Part shown: positions 8,586-18,290 of the stretch, piece by piece | How the letters are laid out: each line of letters opens with the position of its first letter | Numbering within the stretch: position 1 is the first letter of the stretch | DNA from: Candidatus Bipolaricaulota bacterium | GTDB taxonomy: Bacteria > Bipolaricaulota > Bipolaricaulia > UBA7950 > UBA9294 | Direction of reading: 5' to 3' | Assembly (NCBI GenBank): GCA_030670905.1 | Contig: DAOVAR010000001.1 | Span: 285 to 64,284, forward strand | Length of the DNA stretch: 64,000 nucleotides | The notes under the pieces: generated by a model | Database searches by the model: none | The model's input: the letters and a program-made list of their open reading frames with translations, nothing else | Told to the model about the DNA's origin: nothing | Position numbers and translations under genes: made by a program

Positions 8586-10625
8586 TTAGTTCCTCCTCTT
8601 TTGTATCACTCGCACGTCTCCAACTAGGACTCCCGTTGAGAACACGAATACAGGGTTCAGGTCGGCCTCTACAATCTCAGGGTAGTGGAAGGGAAGGCGC
8701 GAAAAATTGACTAAGATCTTTGCTACGGCACTTAGGTCTCGTGTTGGCTGTCCTCGTGTCCCTTCAAGGATAGGGAAGGCCTTAATCTCTCGCATCATTG
8801 CATTGGCCTCATCGTAGTCAAGTGGGGCAATGCGGAGTGAAATATCTCGAAGGATCTCGGTATAGATTCCCCCCACCCCAAAGGCAATCACCGGGCCGAA
8901 CTGCGCATCCCGTGAGAACCCGATCAGGATCTCCATGGCATCGGTGATCATTGGATAGATAATCACCCCCTGGAAATCATGCTCACCCGTTCGCTGTTCG
9001 ATCGAGTGAAATGCGGCGACTACTTCATCATCTGTGCGAATGCCAGTGATGACACCGCCAATCTCCGATTTGTGTATGATATCGTGGGACACGACCTTTA
9101 TCACCACCGGATAGCCGATCGAGCGGCTTCCACTCACGGCATCATCCATAGATGTAGCAAGCCGATATTCCGGAACCGGGATCCCGTTTTCACGCAACCA
9201 GGTCATTCCTTCCGGCTCGAGCAGAGGGCCGTCACTATCACTGAGGAGAGACCCTATCCTTGCCGGAATCTTTGGTAGCAGACGATTCTTCCTTTTGTAC
9301 TCCTCATAGGTTGCCATCTGTGAAAGTACCGTCACCGCCCGTTCCCCAGTAACGAAGTTGGGGACGCCATGCTCTTTCAGATAAGGCAGACTGAGAGCCA
9401 CCGTTCTGCCGGCCATAAAGTTTGCGGCAATGGGCTCTGTGACCGCGGTAGCAGCGCCGCAGATTCCCCGCGCAAGAGGAAGAGCATCTAGATAAGGCGT
9501 GCAGACGTTGATGGCTAGTGCGGCGTCATATTCTCCCAATGCTTCATGCAATGTTTTCTGATAGTCACTCTCAGTTCCCTCAACAGTGAGATCGATTGGG
9601 TTCTCCAATGAACAAACCGAGGGAAGAAAGGTGGAGAGCTTTGCTTGTAGGCTTGGGGTAGGTTCATCGAGGCGTAGCCCCACTGCTTCAGCTCGGTCCG
9701 CTGCGAGGACCCCGGGACCACCGGAATTAGTAACGATGACAAGACGTCGTCCCTTTACGGGGGGAAGCGTAACGAACCCTCGACACAGGTCGAACATCTC
9801 CTCTATTGTGTCCACACGAATTGCGCCACAGTGGCGGAAGGCGGCATCGTACACAGAGTCCGATCCAGCCATCGATCCCGTATGAGACAAGGTTGCCCGG
9901 TGGCCGGACACGCTACATCCCGCTTTGATCACTACAAGTGGCTTTTCTCGAGCTAGACGTTGCGCGGCCACCACGAACGCGCGGCCGTCAGAAACGCTTT
10001 CAATATATAGGGCAACAACCTTAGTATCGGAATCGTCGACAAGATAGTCAAGGAAATCGATCTCGTTGAGATCAACACCATTCCCATAGCTTGCGAACTT
10101 CGAGAACCCTAGCCCCTGCTCTTCAGCCCACGAAAGGACGGCACCCCCGAGAGCCCCGCTTTGAGTTACAAACGCTACATTGCCCTGTGGAGGATGGGTT
10201 TCCAGTGTTGGGTACAGGCGATATCTCGTGTTGATGATTCCAGCACAGTTTGGTCCGCACAAGCGGATTCCATATCGCTTTGCCACAGCCGCAATCCGTG
10301 CTTCTTCCTTGGTGTTCCCTACCTCTGAGAAGCCTGCGGTAATGATCACAGCAGCCTTCACGCCAGCTTTTCCACAATCCTGAAGAACGTCTGCCACTGT
10401 CGGAGCAGGCGAGGCGATTACAGCAAGATCAATGGACCGATCGATGTGAGAGACTGCGTCGTACCCAGGAACTCCGTGCGCGCCTTGGCCCTTAGGGTTA
10501 ACCGCACAAACATTATTGTAGCCCCCGTTAACAATCTTGCGGATCAACTCGTAGCCGAGTTTCCCTTTGGAGGTGGAACCGATTACCGCGACTCCACGAG
10601 GATAGAAGAGCTCTCTTAGGCTCAA
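8586..10625 (-). CDS. ADP-forming acyl-CoA synthetase (acetate/aryl-acetate--CoA ligase, NDP-forming), alpha and beta domains fused
   Basis: 679 aa. The N-terminal CoA-binding and succinyl-CoA-synthetase-like domains are followed by a C-terminal ATP-grasp domain. This is typical ACD architecture. Confidence 0.85.
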   Translation of the reverse strand: MSLRELFYPRGVAVIGSTSKGKLGYELIRKIVNGGYNNVCAVNPKGQGAHGVPGYDAVSHIDRSIDLAVIASPAPTVADVLQDCGKAGVKAAVIITAGFSEVGNTKEEARIAAVAKRYGIRLCGPNCAGIINTRYRLYPTLETHPPQGNVAFVTQSGALGGAVLSWAEEQGLGFSKFASYGNGVDLNEIDFLDYLVDDSDTKVVALYIESVSDGRAFVVAAQRLAREKPLVVIKAGCSVSGHRATLSHTGSMAGSDSVYDAAFRHCGAIRVDTIEEMFDLCRGFVTLPPVKGRRLVIVTNSGGPGVLAADRAEAVGLRLDEPTPSLQAKLSTFLPSVCSLENPIDLTVEGTESDYQKTLHEALGEYDAALAINVCTPYLDALPLARGICGAATAVTEPIAANFMAGRTVALSLPYLKEHGVPNFVTGERAVTVLSQMATYEEYKRKNRLLPKIPARIGSLLSDSDGPLLEPEGMTWLRENGIPVPEYRLATSMDDAVSGSRSIGYPVVIKVVSHDIIHKSEIGGVITGIRTDDEVVAAFHSIEQRTGEHDFQGVIIYPMITDAMEILIGFSRDAQFGPVIAFGVGGIYTEILRDISLRIAPLDYDEANAMMREIKAFPILEGTRGQPTRDLSAVAKILVNFSRLPFHYPEIVEADLNPVFVFSTGVLVGDVRVIQKRRN

Positions 10626-11218
10626 GACGTCCCTCTAACACGCAAGCCGGCATCAAATGCAGCCACATTGTGCTTTGCTCTACGCGGCCACCGTGCTCGA
10701 ACAACCTCCGTCATCTCGTCGGCATTGAGCACTTCGTCCAATCTTGTGTTTCCAAATGCCGCTCCAAGCACGAAGATGTTCGCGGCTACGTATCCCCCGT
10801 CGATTTTGGGAAGCTCTTTTGGATCGAGATAGATCAGTCGAGCGTTACTAACTCGGATGGCCTCCAGCACCGATTCGAGCGATGGGTAGGCAGCTTCTCC
10901 AAGCATCACCGCGGTTGGCTCCCACGCGTGACCATATAGCAGGAAGTCGCCTTCAGGCCGCGCGTACCGTACTCCCTTCAGCGCTTCAGAGCGTTCCATG
11001 GCAATCACAAGATGAGCCCCATCTTCTCGGATGTGTGGTCCTACTCCCCTTCGCCCCAATCGTAACTCGGCCTTTACGAACCCTCCACGCTGTGCCATTC
11101 CCTTCGTGGGAAGGAAACTGACTGGATGCCCCTTGTGAACAGCTGCCCGCATAATCAGGTCAGCAAGCGTCAGAATACCCTGACCACCAACGCCAACAAG
11201 GTAGATGTCGTAGCTCAT
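10622..11218 (-). CDS. iorB: Indolepyruvate:ferredoxin oxidoreductase, beta subunit
   Basis: MSYDIYLVGVGGQGILT... is a pyruvate/ketoisovalerate oxidoreductase gamma-like domain. The likely start is the internal ATG at 11218, overlapping the iorA stop (ATGA). The ORF-track start at 11266 would overlap iorA by 52 nt. Confidence 0.85.
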   Translation of the reverse strand: MSYDIYLVGVGGQGILTLADLIMRAAVHKGHPVSFLPTKGMAQRGGFVKAELRLGRRGVGPHIREDGAHLVIAMERSEALKGVRYARPEGDFLLYGHAWEPTAVMLGEAAYPSLESVLEAIRVSNARLIYLDPKELPKIDGGYVAANIFVLGAAFGNTRLDEVLNADEMTEVVRARWPRRAKHNVAAFDAGLRVRGTS

Positions 11219-13086
11219 GTTCCGTCCTCCTTCTCGAGGGCTCCTGTCGGGCAAACCGCGGCACACAGTCCGCAGCCGTTACATAGAGCGGCGTCGATAA
11301 CGATGGATTCGTGCTTAATTGACAGGGCGGGACATCCAGTGGCGGTGACACACTGTTTGCACAGTACGCACTTCTTGGAGATCAAGCGCACATTTCCCGT
11401 GCGTTTGCCCTGCCGCCTTACTTGGATGGCACATTCGCGACGGGAGAGGACAACCTTTACCCCCGGAAGGGTGAGACATCCTTCGATGGTGGAGGTTGCT
11501 CCCTTTAGATCGTATGGATCGATGACAAAGAATTGGTCTACCCCGAGTCCTGGAATCACCCGCGCAAGGTCGATTCGGCGTCCCCCCGTCCGTTGGAATG
11601 TCTGATCCGTGCCTGGATTCACCTGCATCCCCGTCATGCTTGTCCATCCGTTGTCCATGATGATAAGAGTCAATGGAGTCTGGTGCTGAATCGCGTTGAG
11701 CAATCCCGGAATCCCGGCGTGGAAAAACGTTGAATCTCCAATAGTAGCGATTACCGGTGTCTTAACCCCTCCATGAACGTAGCCTTGTGCCAGACTGACA
11801 CTTGCTCCCATGGAGACCTCCGTCCACACCGTGTTAAACGGTGGGTTCATTCCGAGGATTGTACACCCGATGTCGCCAGTGATGATCACCTCGTCTTTGT
11901 CAAGATCTAGATTCTGGATCGCTTGATTGATGGCCATATAGGTTCCGCGGTGGGGACATCCGGCGCAGACGGTAATTGGACGTCGAGCCGCAAGTGTCTC
12001 TGTTGCTCTATTCCCTTTGAAGCGATCCCCAGGGATGCCTAATCTGAGCGCTATATTGAGCCCTTGTAGCACATGATCAACATCGTACTCCCCCACGCGG
12101 CTTAAGGGCCCATCATCAAGTTTGCCGATGATCAGGCCGGCGAATCCGGTCCTATGTGCTTCGATGTGAAGACCGCGTTCAAGGTGCGGTTCTAACTCTT
12201 CCAAGGTAAGGATCGACTTGCAGCGAGCAAACAGCTTTTGTACATCTGCTGCTGGAAATGGAGTTGTTGTCACTGTACGCAAAATCGAGACCTTTGTCTT
12301 GTCGAATCCATACTCGACAGCAAGGTCAAACGCCTCTTCCAGATACGCCACCGCTGCCCCAACAGCCACAATTCCAAGGCCGCCGGGGTTTTCAGCTAAT
12401 TGCAAAGAGTTTAGCTCCATTTCCTGTATGACCTCGCTTGCCTTTTCGAGGCGGGCAATCACATCCCGGTGTTGCGTGATACAGATAGCGGCGCCGGCTT
12501 TGGTGTACTTGGCGATGTTCCGCTCGAGGATTGGTATGCGGTCGGCAGGCGGTAGCGGATCAGCTATCTGTAGGGCTGTCTTGGCATTGGCAATCGAGGT
12601 AACCAACCTAATTAGGACTGGTGTCTTTACGCGTTCCGAGAGCTCAAAAGCTACCTGCGTCAACCGATAGGTGTCCCTTATCGAGCTTGGTTCGAGCATT
12701 GGCAGGTCCGACATCAAGGCAAATCCACGCGTGTCCTGCTCAGCCATCCCCGCGCTAGCGCCCGGATCGTCGGCAACGTAGATCACTAGTCCACCATTAC
12801 ATCCGGAATAAGCGATAGAGATTAGCGAGTCGTAGGCTACATTCAGCCCCGACATCTTCATCGTACACAGAGCTCGTTGGCCGGTCCATGCCGCTCCGGC
12901 GGCTATTTCAAAGGCAACCTTCTCGTTTACACTCCACTCCACATATCTACCGGGAAGATCCATCGCCAACAGGCTCGTCAGCGCGCCGGTGGAGGGGGTA
13001 CCTGGATAACCGGTGACTACCTTTACACCGGCCTGTAGCGCCCCATAGGCAAGGGCTTCATTGCCACTCAGTACCTTAATTTGCAA
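11215..13086 (-). CDS. iorA: Indolepyruvate:ferredoxin oxidoreductase, alpha subunit (TPP-binding, with C-terminal 2x[4Fe-4S] ferredoxin domain)
   Basis: 623 aa with TPP-binding GDIGC and GDSTFFHAG motifs. The C-terminus has CVLCKQC...CPALS and CNGCGLCAAVCP cysteine motifs. Confidence 0.9.
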   Translation of the reverse strand: MQIKVLSGNEALAYGALQAGVKVVTGYPGTPSTGALTSLLAMDLPGRYVEWSVNEKVAFEIAAGAAWTGQRALCTMKMSGLNVAYDSLISIAYSGCNGGLVIYVADDPGASAGMAEQDTRGFALMSDLPMLEPSSIRDTYRLTQVAFELSERVKTPVLIRLVTSIANAKTALQIADPLPPADRIPILERNIAKYTKAGAAICITQHRDVIARLEKASEVIQEMELNSLQLAENPGGLGIVAVGAAVAYLEEAFDLAVEYGFDKTKVSILRTVTTTPFPAADVQKLFARCKSILTLEELEPHLERGLHIEAHRTGFAGLIIGKLDDGPLSRVGEYDVDHVLQGLNIALRLGIPGDRFKGNRATETLAARRPITVCAGCPHRGTYMAINQAIQNLDLDKDEVIITGDIGCTILGMNPPFNTVWTEVSMGASVSLAQGYVHGGVKTPVIATIGDSTFFHAGIPGLLNAIQHQTPLTLIIMDNGWTSMTGMQVNPGTDQTFQRTGGRRIDLARVIPGLGVDQFFVIDPYDLKGATSTIEGCLTLPGVKVVLSRRECAIQVRRQGKRTGNVRLISKKCVLCKQCVTATGCPALSIKHESIVIDAALCNGCGLCAAVCPTGALEKEDGT

Positions 13087-13149
13087 TTGACTCCTCCATC
13101 TGCCTGCAGTGTTGTTCCTCGCCTAATACTCTTCACTACATCGATTTGC

Positions 13150-15477
13150 TCATCCTTTCTTGGTGTGATCAAGGGCGGCAAGGACCCTCTCCGGTGTCAA
13201 TGGTAGGTTGTGGATGCGGACGCCTATGGCGTTTGCCACAGCGTTCGCCACCGCTGGAGCAACCGGTGTTAGCGCAGGCTCGCCAATCCCTTTGGCGCCG
13301 AACGGACCGACGCCTGTTCCCGACTCTAGGATGATCGCCTTCGTGGTAGGAAGATCCTTTGCTGTGGGGATCAGATACTCGGACAATGAAGGCGTCCGGA
13401 TTACGCCATCCTTGACTTGTACCTCTTCCATGAGAGCGTAGCCGATTCCCTGGGCGCTTCCGCCTTGGATCTGTCCCTCAACGGCGATTGGATTGAATGC
13501 CCGACCCACATCATGGCATCCGACGGACTTGAGCACTGTAATCTCACCGGTCTTGGTATCCACCGCCACCTCAATGGCGTGCGCACTGAAGGTAAAGTCT
13601 GGAAAGATGTCTCCTTGGAGGTTCTCGGGGTTGAGCTTATCAGCGAATGGAGCCGCAAACAGAGCTAGGTGTTGCAGCTTCAGCCCATCAGCGGCGCACA
13701 TCTTGCTCAGATCCGCTAGCGAAAGCCATTGCTGCGGATCGCTCTTGATGAACACCTTGTTCTCAGCTAGATCCAGGTTGTTGGGCTTTTCCCTAAAATG
13801 CTCTGCCGCGCGATCGAGCAACACTTCCCGCACCATCTTGGCCGCCTTGAGCGTGGCATTGCCGGACATGTAGAGCTGCCTGGTAGCAGTTGTTGTGCCT
13901 GCCAGTGGTGTGACCGCCGAATCTGAGTTGTAGAAGGTCACGTCTGTGAGTGACACCCCCAGCACTTCGGCAGCGATCAGACACAGACTGTTTGCCTGAC
14001 CTGCGCCCAGGTCGGGTGCGCCACACCGCACCACGATTGTGCCATCTTGCTCGATACCAACCCAGGAACGTGAGGTATCATGGAACCACATGATCCGACC
14101 ATAGCTCTGCATCGTGGTGGCAAAACCCTGGCCCATCTTGATTGCATCGTCAGAAATGTTCTCTTTCTTTCCCAGAGCTGCCAGCGCTTGTGTGGCTTCT
14201 TCCTCTAGCCAAACCGCGCTCTTGATCTGCTGGCCGATAGCGTTGGAGTCACCGGTCTTCAGATAGTTGATCTTGCGGAACTCAAGCGGGTCCATCGCTA
14301 AGGCTTTTGCCATCTCATCCATCTGTTGCTCGTACGCTACGGCAGCCTGCGCACCTCCGAAGCCTCGAAATGCACTGGCAAAAGGATTATTAGTGGCAAC
14401 CGAGACACTATCAACGGTAAGGTTTTCGATTCGATAAGGGCCGCATGAGGTGACAGTAGCGTAGAGAAGGACGTAGGGACTGAGATAGGGGTAAGCCCCT
14501 GAATCAGAGATCATGTTGATCTTGGCGCCGGTGATGCGGCCATTGTTCTTCACGCCGGTGCGGTGAGTGATGATGAACGGATGGCGCTTGGAATGTGCGA
14601 GGATAGATTCCTCTCGCGTGTACGCCAACCGCACAGGGCGCCCTGTTTCTTTTGTTAGGAGCGCCAGGAAGATCTCCACGGTAATGTCCTCCTTACCACC
14701 AAATCCGCCTCCAATCATAGTACCTCGAACGCGTACCTTGTTGTGTGGTACCCCTACGGCTTGAGCAATCGATCGGAAGTGTTCTACCACCTGTGTGCAG
14801 ACGCGGATGTTGATCACGTCTTGATCATCCATCCAGGCTACACCGGCTTCTGGTTCAATATAGGAGTGATCAAGGAATGGCATGCGAAAGGTGTTCTCCA
14901 CGATCAGATCAGCCGAGGCCAACCCCGCTTCCGCGTTCCCCTTGCGGATCTTCCAGCTGGAGACGATATTGTCTGGCTCGTGGATTATTGGCGCGCCTGG
15001 CTTCATCGCTTCGAGTGGGTCGAAGACGCCTGGCAGCGCATCGTATTCAATCTCGATCAGTTCAATGGCTCGCTCTGCGATGGCAAGGGTCTCCGCCGCG
15101 ACAAGTGCGATAGGCTCACCAACGAATCGTACTCCGCGTGTGGCTAGCACCGGCGCATCTGACTCCTTGCGCCGTTCCTGTCCCGTCTGGCCAGGCATGT
15201 CGGTGATTAGTTTCCCGTCTGGCAAGTCATCTGCTGTCAACACACAGGCCACGCCCGCAAGCGCCCGTGCCTTGTTCACATTCAACTGCTTGATATGTGC
15301 TGAGGGTTCACTGCTGCGAAAGACCTTGGCGTGAAGCATGTTTGGCATTGTGAAATCACCGGCGTAGACGGTTGCGCCTACTGCCTTGCCGAGCGCGTCG
15401 ACGCGCCGCAATGGTCTCCCGACTTGGCGAAGGAGAGGAAGAGCTGGCTGGGGTAGCGCTTTGCCCTTCGCCGTCAT
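13150..15477 (-). CDS. Molybdopterin-binding large subunit of a xanthine-dehydrogenase-family hydroxylase (enzyme A)
   Basis: 775 aa with the GGGFGGK signature and a C-terminal FGAKGIGEPAL active-site Glu motif. Confidence 0.85.
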   Translation of the reverse strand: MTAKGKALPQPALPLLRQVGRPLRRVDALGKAVGATVYAGDFTMPNMLHAKVFRSSEPSAHIKQLNVNKARALAGVACVLTADDLPDGKLITDMPGQTGQERRKESDAPVLATRGVRFVGEPIALVAAETLAIAERAIELIEIEYDALPGVFDPLEAMKPGAPIIHEPDNIVSSWKIRKGNAEAGLASADLIVENTFRMPFLDHSYIEPEAGVAWMDDQDVINIRVCTQVVEHFRSIAQAVGVPHNKVRVRGTMIGGGFGGKEDITVEIFLALLTKETGRPVRLAYTREESILAHSKRHPFIITHRTGVKNNGRITGAKINMISDSGAYPYLSPYVLLYATVTSCGPYRIENLTVDSVSVATNNPFASAFRGFGGAQAAVAYEQQMDEMAKALAMDPLEFRKINYLKTGDSNAIGQQIKSAVWLEEEATQALAALGKKENISDDAIKMGQGFATTMQSYGRIMWFHDTSRSWVGIEQDGTIVVRCGAPDLGAGQANSLCLIAAEVLGVSLTDVTFYNSDSAVTPLAGTTTATRQLYMSGNATLKAAKMVREVLLDRAAEHFREKPNNLDLAENKVFIKSDPQQWLSLADLSKMCAADGLKLQHLALFAAPFADKLNPENLQGDIFPDFTFSAHAIEVAVDTKTGEITVLKSVGCHDVGRAFNPIAVEGQIQGGSAQGIGYALMEEVQVKDGVIRTPSLSEYLIPTAKDLPTTKAIILESGTGVGPFGAKGIGEPALTPVAPAVANAVANAIGVRIHNLPLTPERVLAALDHTKKG

Positions 15478-15959
15478 TCTTGAGCCTTCTGTTGCATCAT
15501 CTTCTTCGCTGCCATCTTGATCGCACTGATGATCTGAGCGTAGCCGGTGCAGCGGCAGAGGTTTCCCGAGATCGCTTCGCGGATCTCAGTCTCGGAAGGG
15601 TTCGGGTTCTCATCAAGCAGCGCCTTCGCTGCGATGATCATCCCTGAGGTGCAGTACCCGCACTGGACAGCGCCTGCATCTGCAAAGGCTTCCTGTAGCG
15701 AGTGAGGGCTCTCCATTGTTCCTAATCCAGCATTTGTGAGGATCCGCGCACCATCTGCTTGCCAGGCGAGGACGAGGCAACTATTGATGACTTTCCCATT
15801 CAGCTCTACAGCACAGGCTCCGCAATCTCCCTTTTCACATCCGTTCTTAACATCTGTATAGTTCAGGCTTCGCAGCGCTTCAAGCAAGGTTACATTAGGA
15901 AACAGTGTCACCTGATGCCGACGACCATTGATATTAAGAGTGATAACCTTTGCCTTCAT
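15474..15959 (-). CDS. [2Fe-2S]-binding small subunit of the Mo-hydroxylase (enzyme A)
   Basis: 161 aa with CEKGDCGACAV and QCGYCTSGM...CRCTGY motifs (CoxS/XdhC-like). Confidence 0.9.
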   Translation of the reverse strand: MKAKVITLNINGRRHQVTLFPNVTLLEALRSLNYTDVKNGCEKGDCGACAVELNGKVINSCLVLAWQADGARILTNAGLGTMESPHSLQEAFADAGAVQCGYCTSGMIIAAKALLDENPNPSETEIREAISGNLCRCTGYAQIISAIKMAAKKMMQQKAQE

Positions 15960-16834
15960 TAGTGTTTCTTCTCCTTCGTGCCTTTGGCTAGGTTTGTTAG
16001 CAGACGTCTTACTAGCGCTGTTATCACCCGCTTCCTATAGGCTGCTGATCCACGGATATCACCAATAGCCTGCGTTGCCTCCGAAGCCAGCTGCGCGGCC
16101 TGGGCGATGACCTCTGGAGTCAATGGTCCCCCATCCAGGAAGTCTTCGGCAGCGGCGACGCGGATCGGCGTGGGGGCAACCGCTCCAAGCGCGATACGTA
16201 CTTGGTCGCAATCCCCCGTGTCCTTGCGGTGTAGCATTACGGCAATGCTTAGCACGGAGATCGCGTCCGCCTTACGTAAGCCGAGCTTGCGAAACACGCT
16301 GACACTCCCTTCGGGTGGAATAGGCCAGCGAATAGCAGTTATCAATTCTTTGGGGTGACGAACCGTCTTGCGCACGCCGGTGATGAATTCCTTCAGTGGA
16401 ACGGTGCGTTTTGTATCCTTACTTAACAATTCTACCTTGGCACCAAGGACAAGGAGAGGTGGCGCGGCATCCGCGGCTGGGGAACCATAGGCAAGGTTAC
16501 CTCCAATTGTTGCACGGTTGCGAATCAGTGGGTTGGCAAAGACTGTCGCAGCCTGTTGCAGTGCTTGGCCGTGCTTAGCGATGAGCACATTGCGCTTTAG
16601 GTCTGCGATTGTTACTGCACTGCCCACATCTGCATAACCATCTTCCACATGAACGCCACGCAACTCAACCAATCCACCAATGTTCATCAACGTCTGAGGA
16701 CGAGAGAGTCTTCCACGCAGGTCGACAAGAAGGTTTGTCCCACCGGCAAGTGGCATGACTGTAGAACTCTCATCCATCATCTCAAGGGCCTCCGGTAGAG
16801 TTCTTGGCATCAAGAGCTCAAACTCTGGCAGCAT
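15959..16834 (-). CDS. FAD-binding medium subunit of the Mo-hydroxylase (enzyme A)
   Basis: 291 aa CoxM-like protein with AGGTNLLVDL and a CO-dehydrogenase flavoprotein C-terminal domain. Confidence 0.85.
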   Translation of the reverse strand: MLPEFELLMPRTLPEALEMMDESSTVMPLAGGTNLLVDLRGRLSRPQTLMNIGGLVELRGVHVEDGYADVGSAVTIADLKRNVLIAKHGQALQQAATVFANPLIRNRATIGGNLAYGSPAADAAPPLLVLGAKVELLSKDTKRTVPLKEFITGVRKTVRHPKELITAIRWPIPPEGSVSVFRKLGLRKADAISVLSIAVMLHRKDTGDCDQVRIALGAVAPTPIRVAAAEDFLDGGPLTPEVIAQAAQLASEATQAIGDIRGSAAYRKRVITALVRRLLTNLAKGTKEKKH

Positions 16835-18290
16835 CCGACCCTCCTTCTCTTGTCCCCTCGGCGCAAGATTCTACGGCACGGACGATACTTGCATACCCCG
16901 TACAACGACAACGATTTCCCTTTAAGTAGTCTCGGATCTCATCTTCTGTAGGTGATGGTATCTCTGCGAGGAGTTTCTTGCTCATCATCAGCATCCCCGG
17001 CGTACAGTACCCACACTGGAACGCGTTGTGATCGATGAACGTCTGCTGTAAGGGATCAAGTTCACCGTCTGGCCTGGCAAGACCTTCAACGGTGACGATT
17101 TCACTCTCATCGGCGGTAACAGCGAGCACTAAACAGGCAAGGACCGGCTCTCCGTTGAGCCACACCGTGCACGCTCCGCACTCGCCGATGCCGCAACCGT
17201 ACTTGGGCCCGGTCAGTTCCAACCGTTCTCGTAACACATTGAGCAGCAACTCGTTTGGAGCCACATCGAGCTGGTGATTTACTCCATTGACGAGAATAGT
17301 AATTGAGTAGTTCTCATTAGCATTCACTCGGAATGACACGGGTACCTTGTGAGATAGTGAGGATGTCTCAACAGGCTTCGCTTCCCGCAACTCGCCCGCC
17401 CGCTCCCATGCTTTACATAAGGCGTCCTGAGTCAAAGGCGTGGCAACCTCGCGACGGTACCACGCGCTTGAACGTGCATCATCAACTGGCAGGATCGCCT
17501 TGGACGCGACCCGTCCCGCCCTAAGAGCGAGCTTGGCATCGAACGTCTTACCAATTAGCATTTTTTCTGCCTCTGGAGCACGTAGAACTGTTGGCCCTAC
17601 TGAACCATACGCTAGTCGGCAATCGACAACGCGTTGTTCGTCACGAACAATCACCGCGGCAACGCTGATCTTGGCAAGATCGGCGCGCACTCGTGACAAT
17701 TTTAGAAACGCACTTCCCGTATTTGGTTTCGCAATAGGGAGCCGCACAGCGGTGAGGATTTCCCCTTCCCTTAGCTTGACTTCCCCCGGCCCGAGCAGGA
17801 GTTCAGCAATGGGTAAGACCCGTTCTCCGTGTGGGCCAGCCAGCACCACTTTCGAATCGAACGCTACAAGCGCTGGAACCGTATCCGAGGCAGGGGACCC
17901 ATTACAGAGGTTCCCACCGATCGTTCCCATTATCTGGATTTGCGTGGAGCCAAAGGAAGCACAAGCTTCAGCAAGAGCGGTGTAAGTCTCTTGTATCTGT
18001 GGTGCGGTGCTGAGCTGACGAACAGTGGTGAGAGCGCCGATCAAAAATACCTCGTCCTTATTATTCATCCCTTTGAGTTCAGGCAGGTTGGCGATATTGA
18101 TAACGCATCGTGGCGCCCTCTGCTCCATCTTCATCCATACGAGGAGATTGGTACCTCCGGCAAGCACCTCGGCGTCTTTACCAAACTCTTGTAAGCTCCC
18201 AATCGCTTCTTTGAGCGTTGCTGGCTGCACGTAGTCGAACCTGTGCATGAGGAGGTGTGTATTGGTCATATTGTATCTATTCTTGCTCAT
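16818..18290 (-). CDS. Fused FAD-binding and [2Fe-2S] subunit of a second Mo-hydroxylase (enzyme B)
   Basis: 490 aa. Residues 1-290 are CoxM-like (AGGTNLLVWM). Residues about 330-490 are CoxS-like (CGIGECGACTV, QCGYCTPGM...CRCTGY). Confidence 0.8.
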   Translation of the reverse strand: MSKNRYNMTNTHLLMHRFDYVQPATLKEAIGSLQEFGKDAEVLAGGTNLLVWMKMEQRAPRCVINIANLPELKGMNNKDEVFLIGALTTVRQLSTAPQIQETYTALAEACASFGSTQIQIMGTIGGNLCNGSPASDTVPALVAFDSKVVLAGPHGERVLPIAELLLGPGEVKLREGEILTAVRLPIAKPNTGSAFLKLSRVRADLAKISVAAVIVRDEQRVVDCRLAYGSVGPTVLRAPEAEKMLIGKTFDAKLALRAGRVASKAILPVDDARSSAWYRREVATPLTQDALCKAWERAGELREAKPVETSSLSHKVPVSFRVNANENYSITILVNGVNHQLDVAPNELLLNVLRERLELTGPKYGCGIGECGACTVWLNGEPVLACLVLAVTADESEIVTVEGLARPDGELDPLQQTFIDHNAFQCGYCTPGMLMMSKKLLAEIPSPTEDEIRDYLKGNRCRCTGYASIVRAVESCAEGTREGGSDAARV

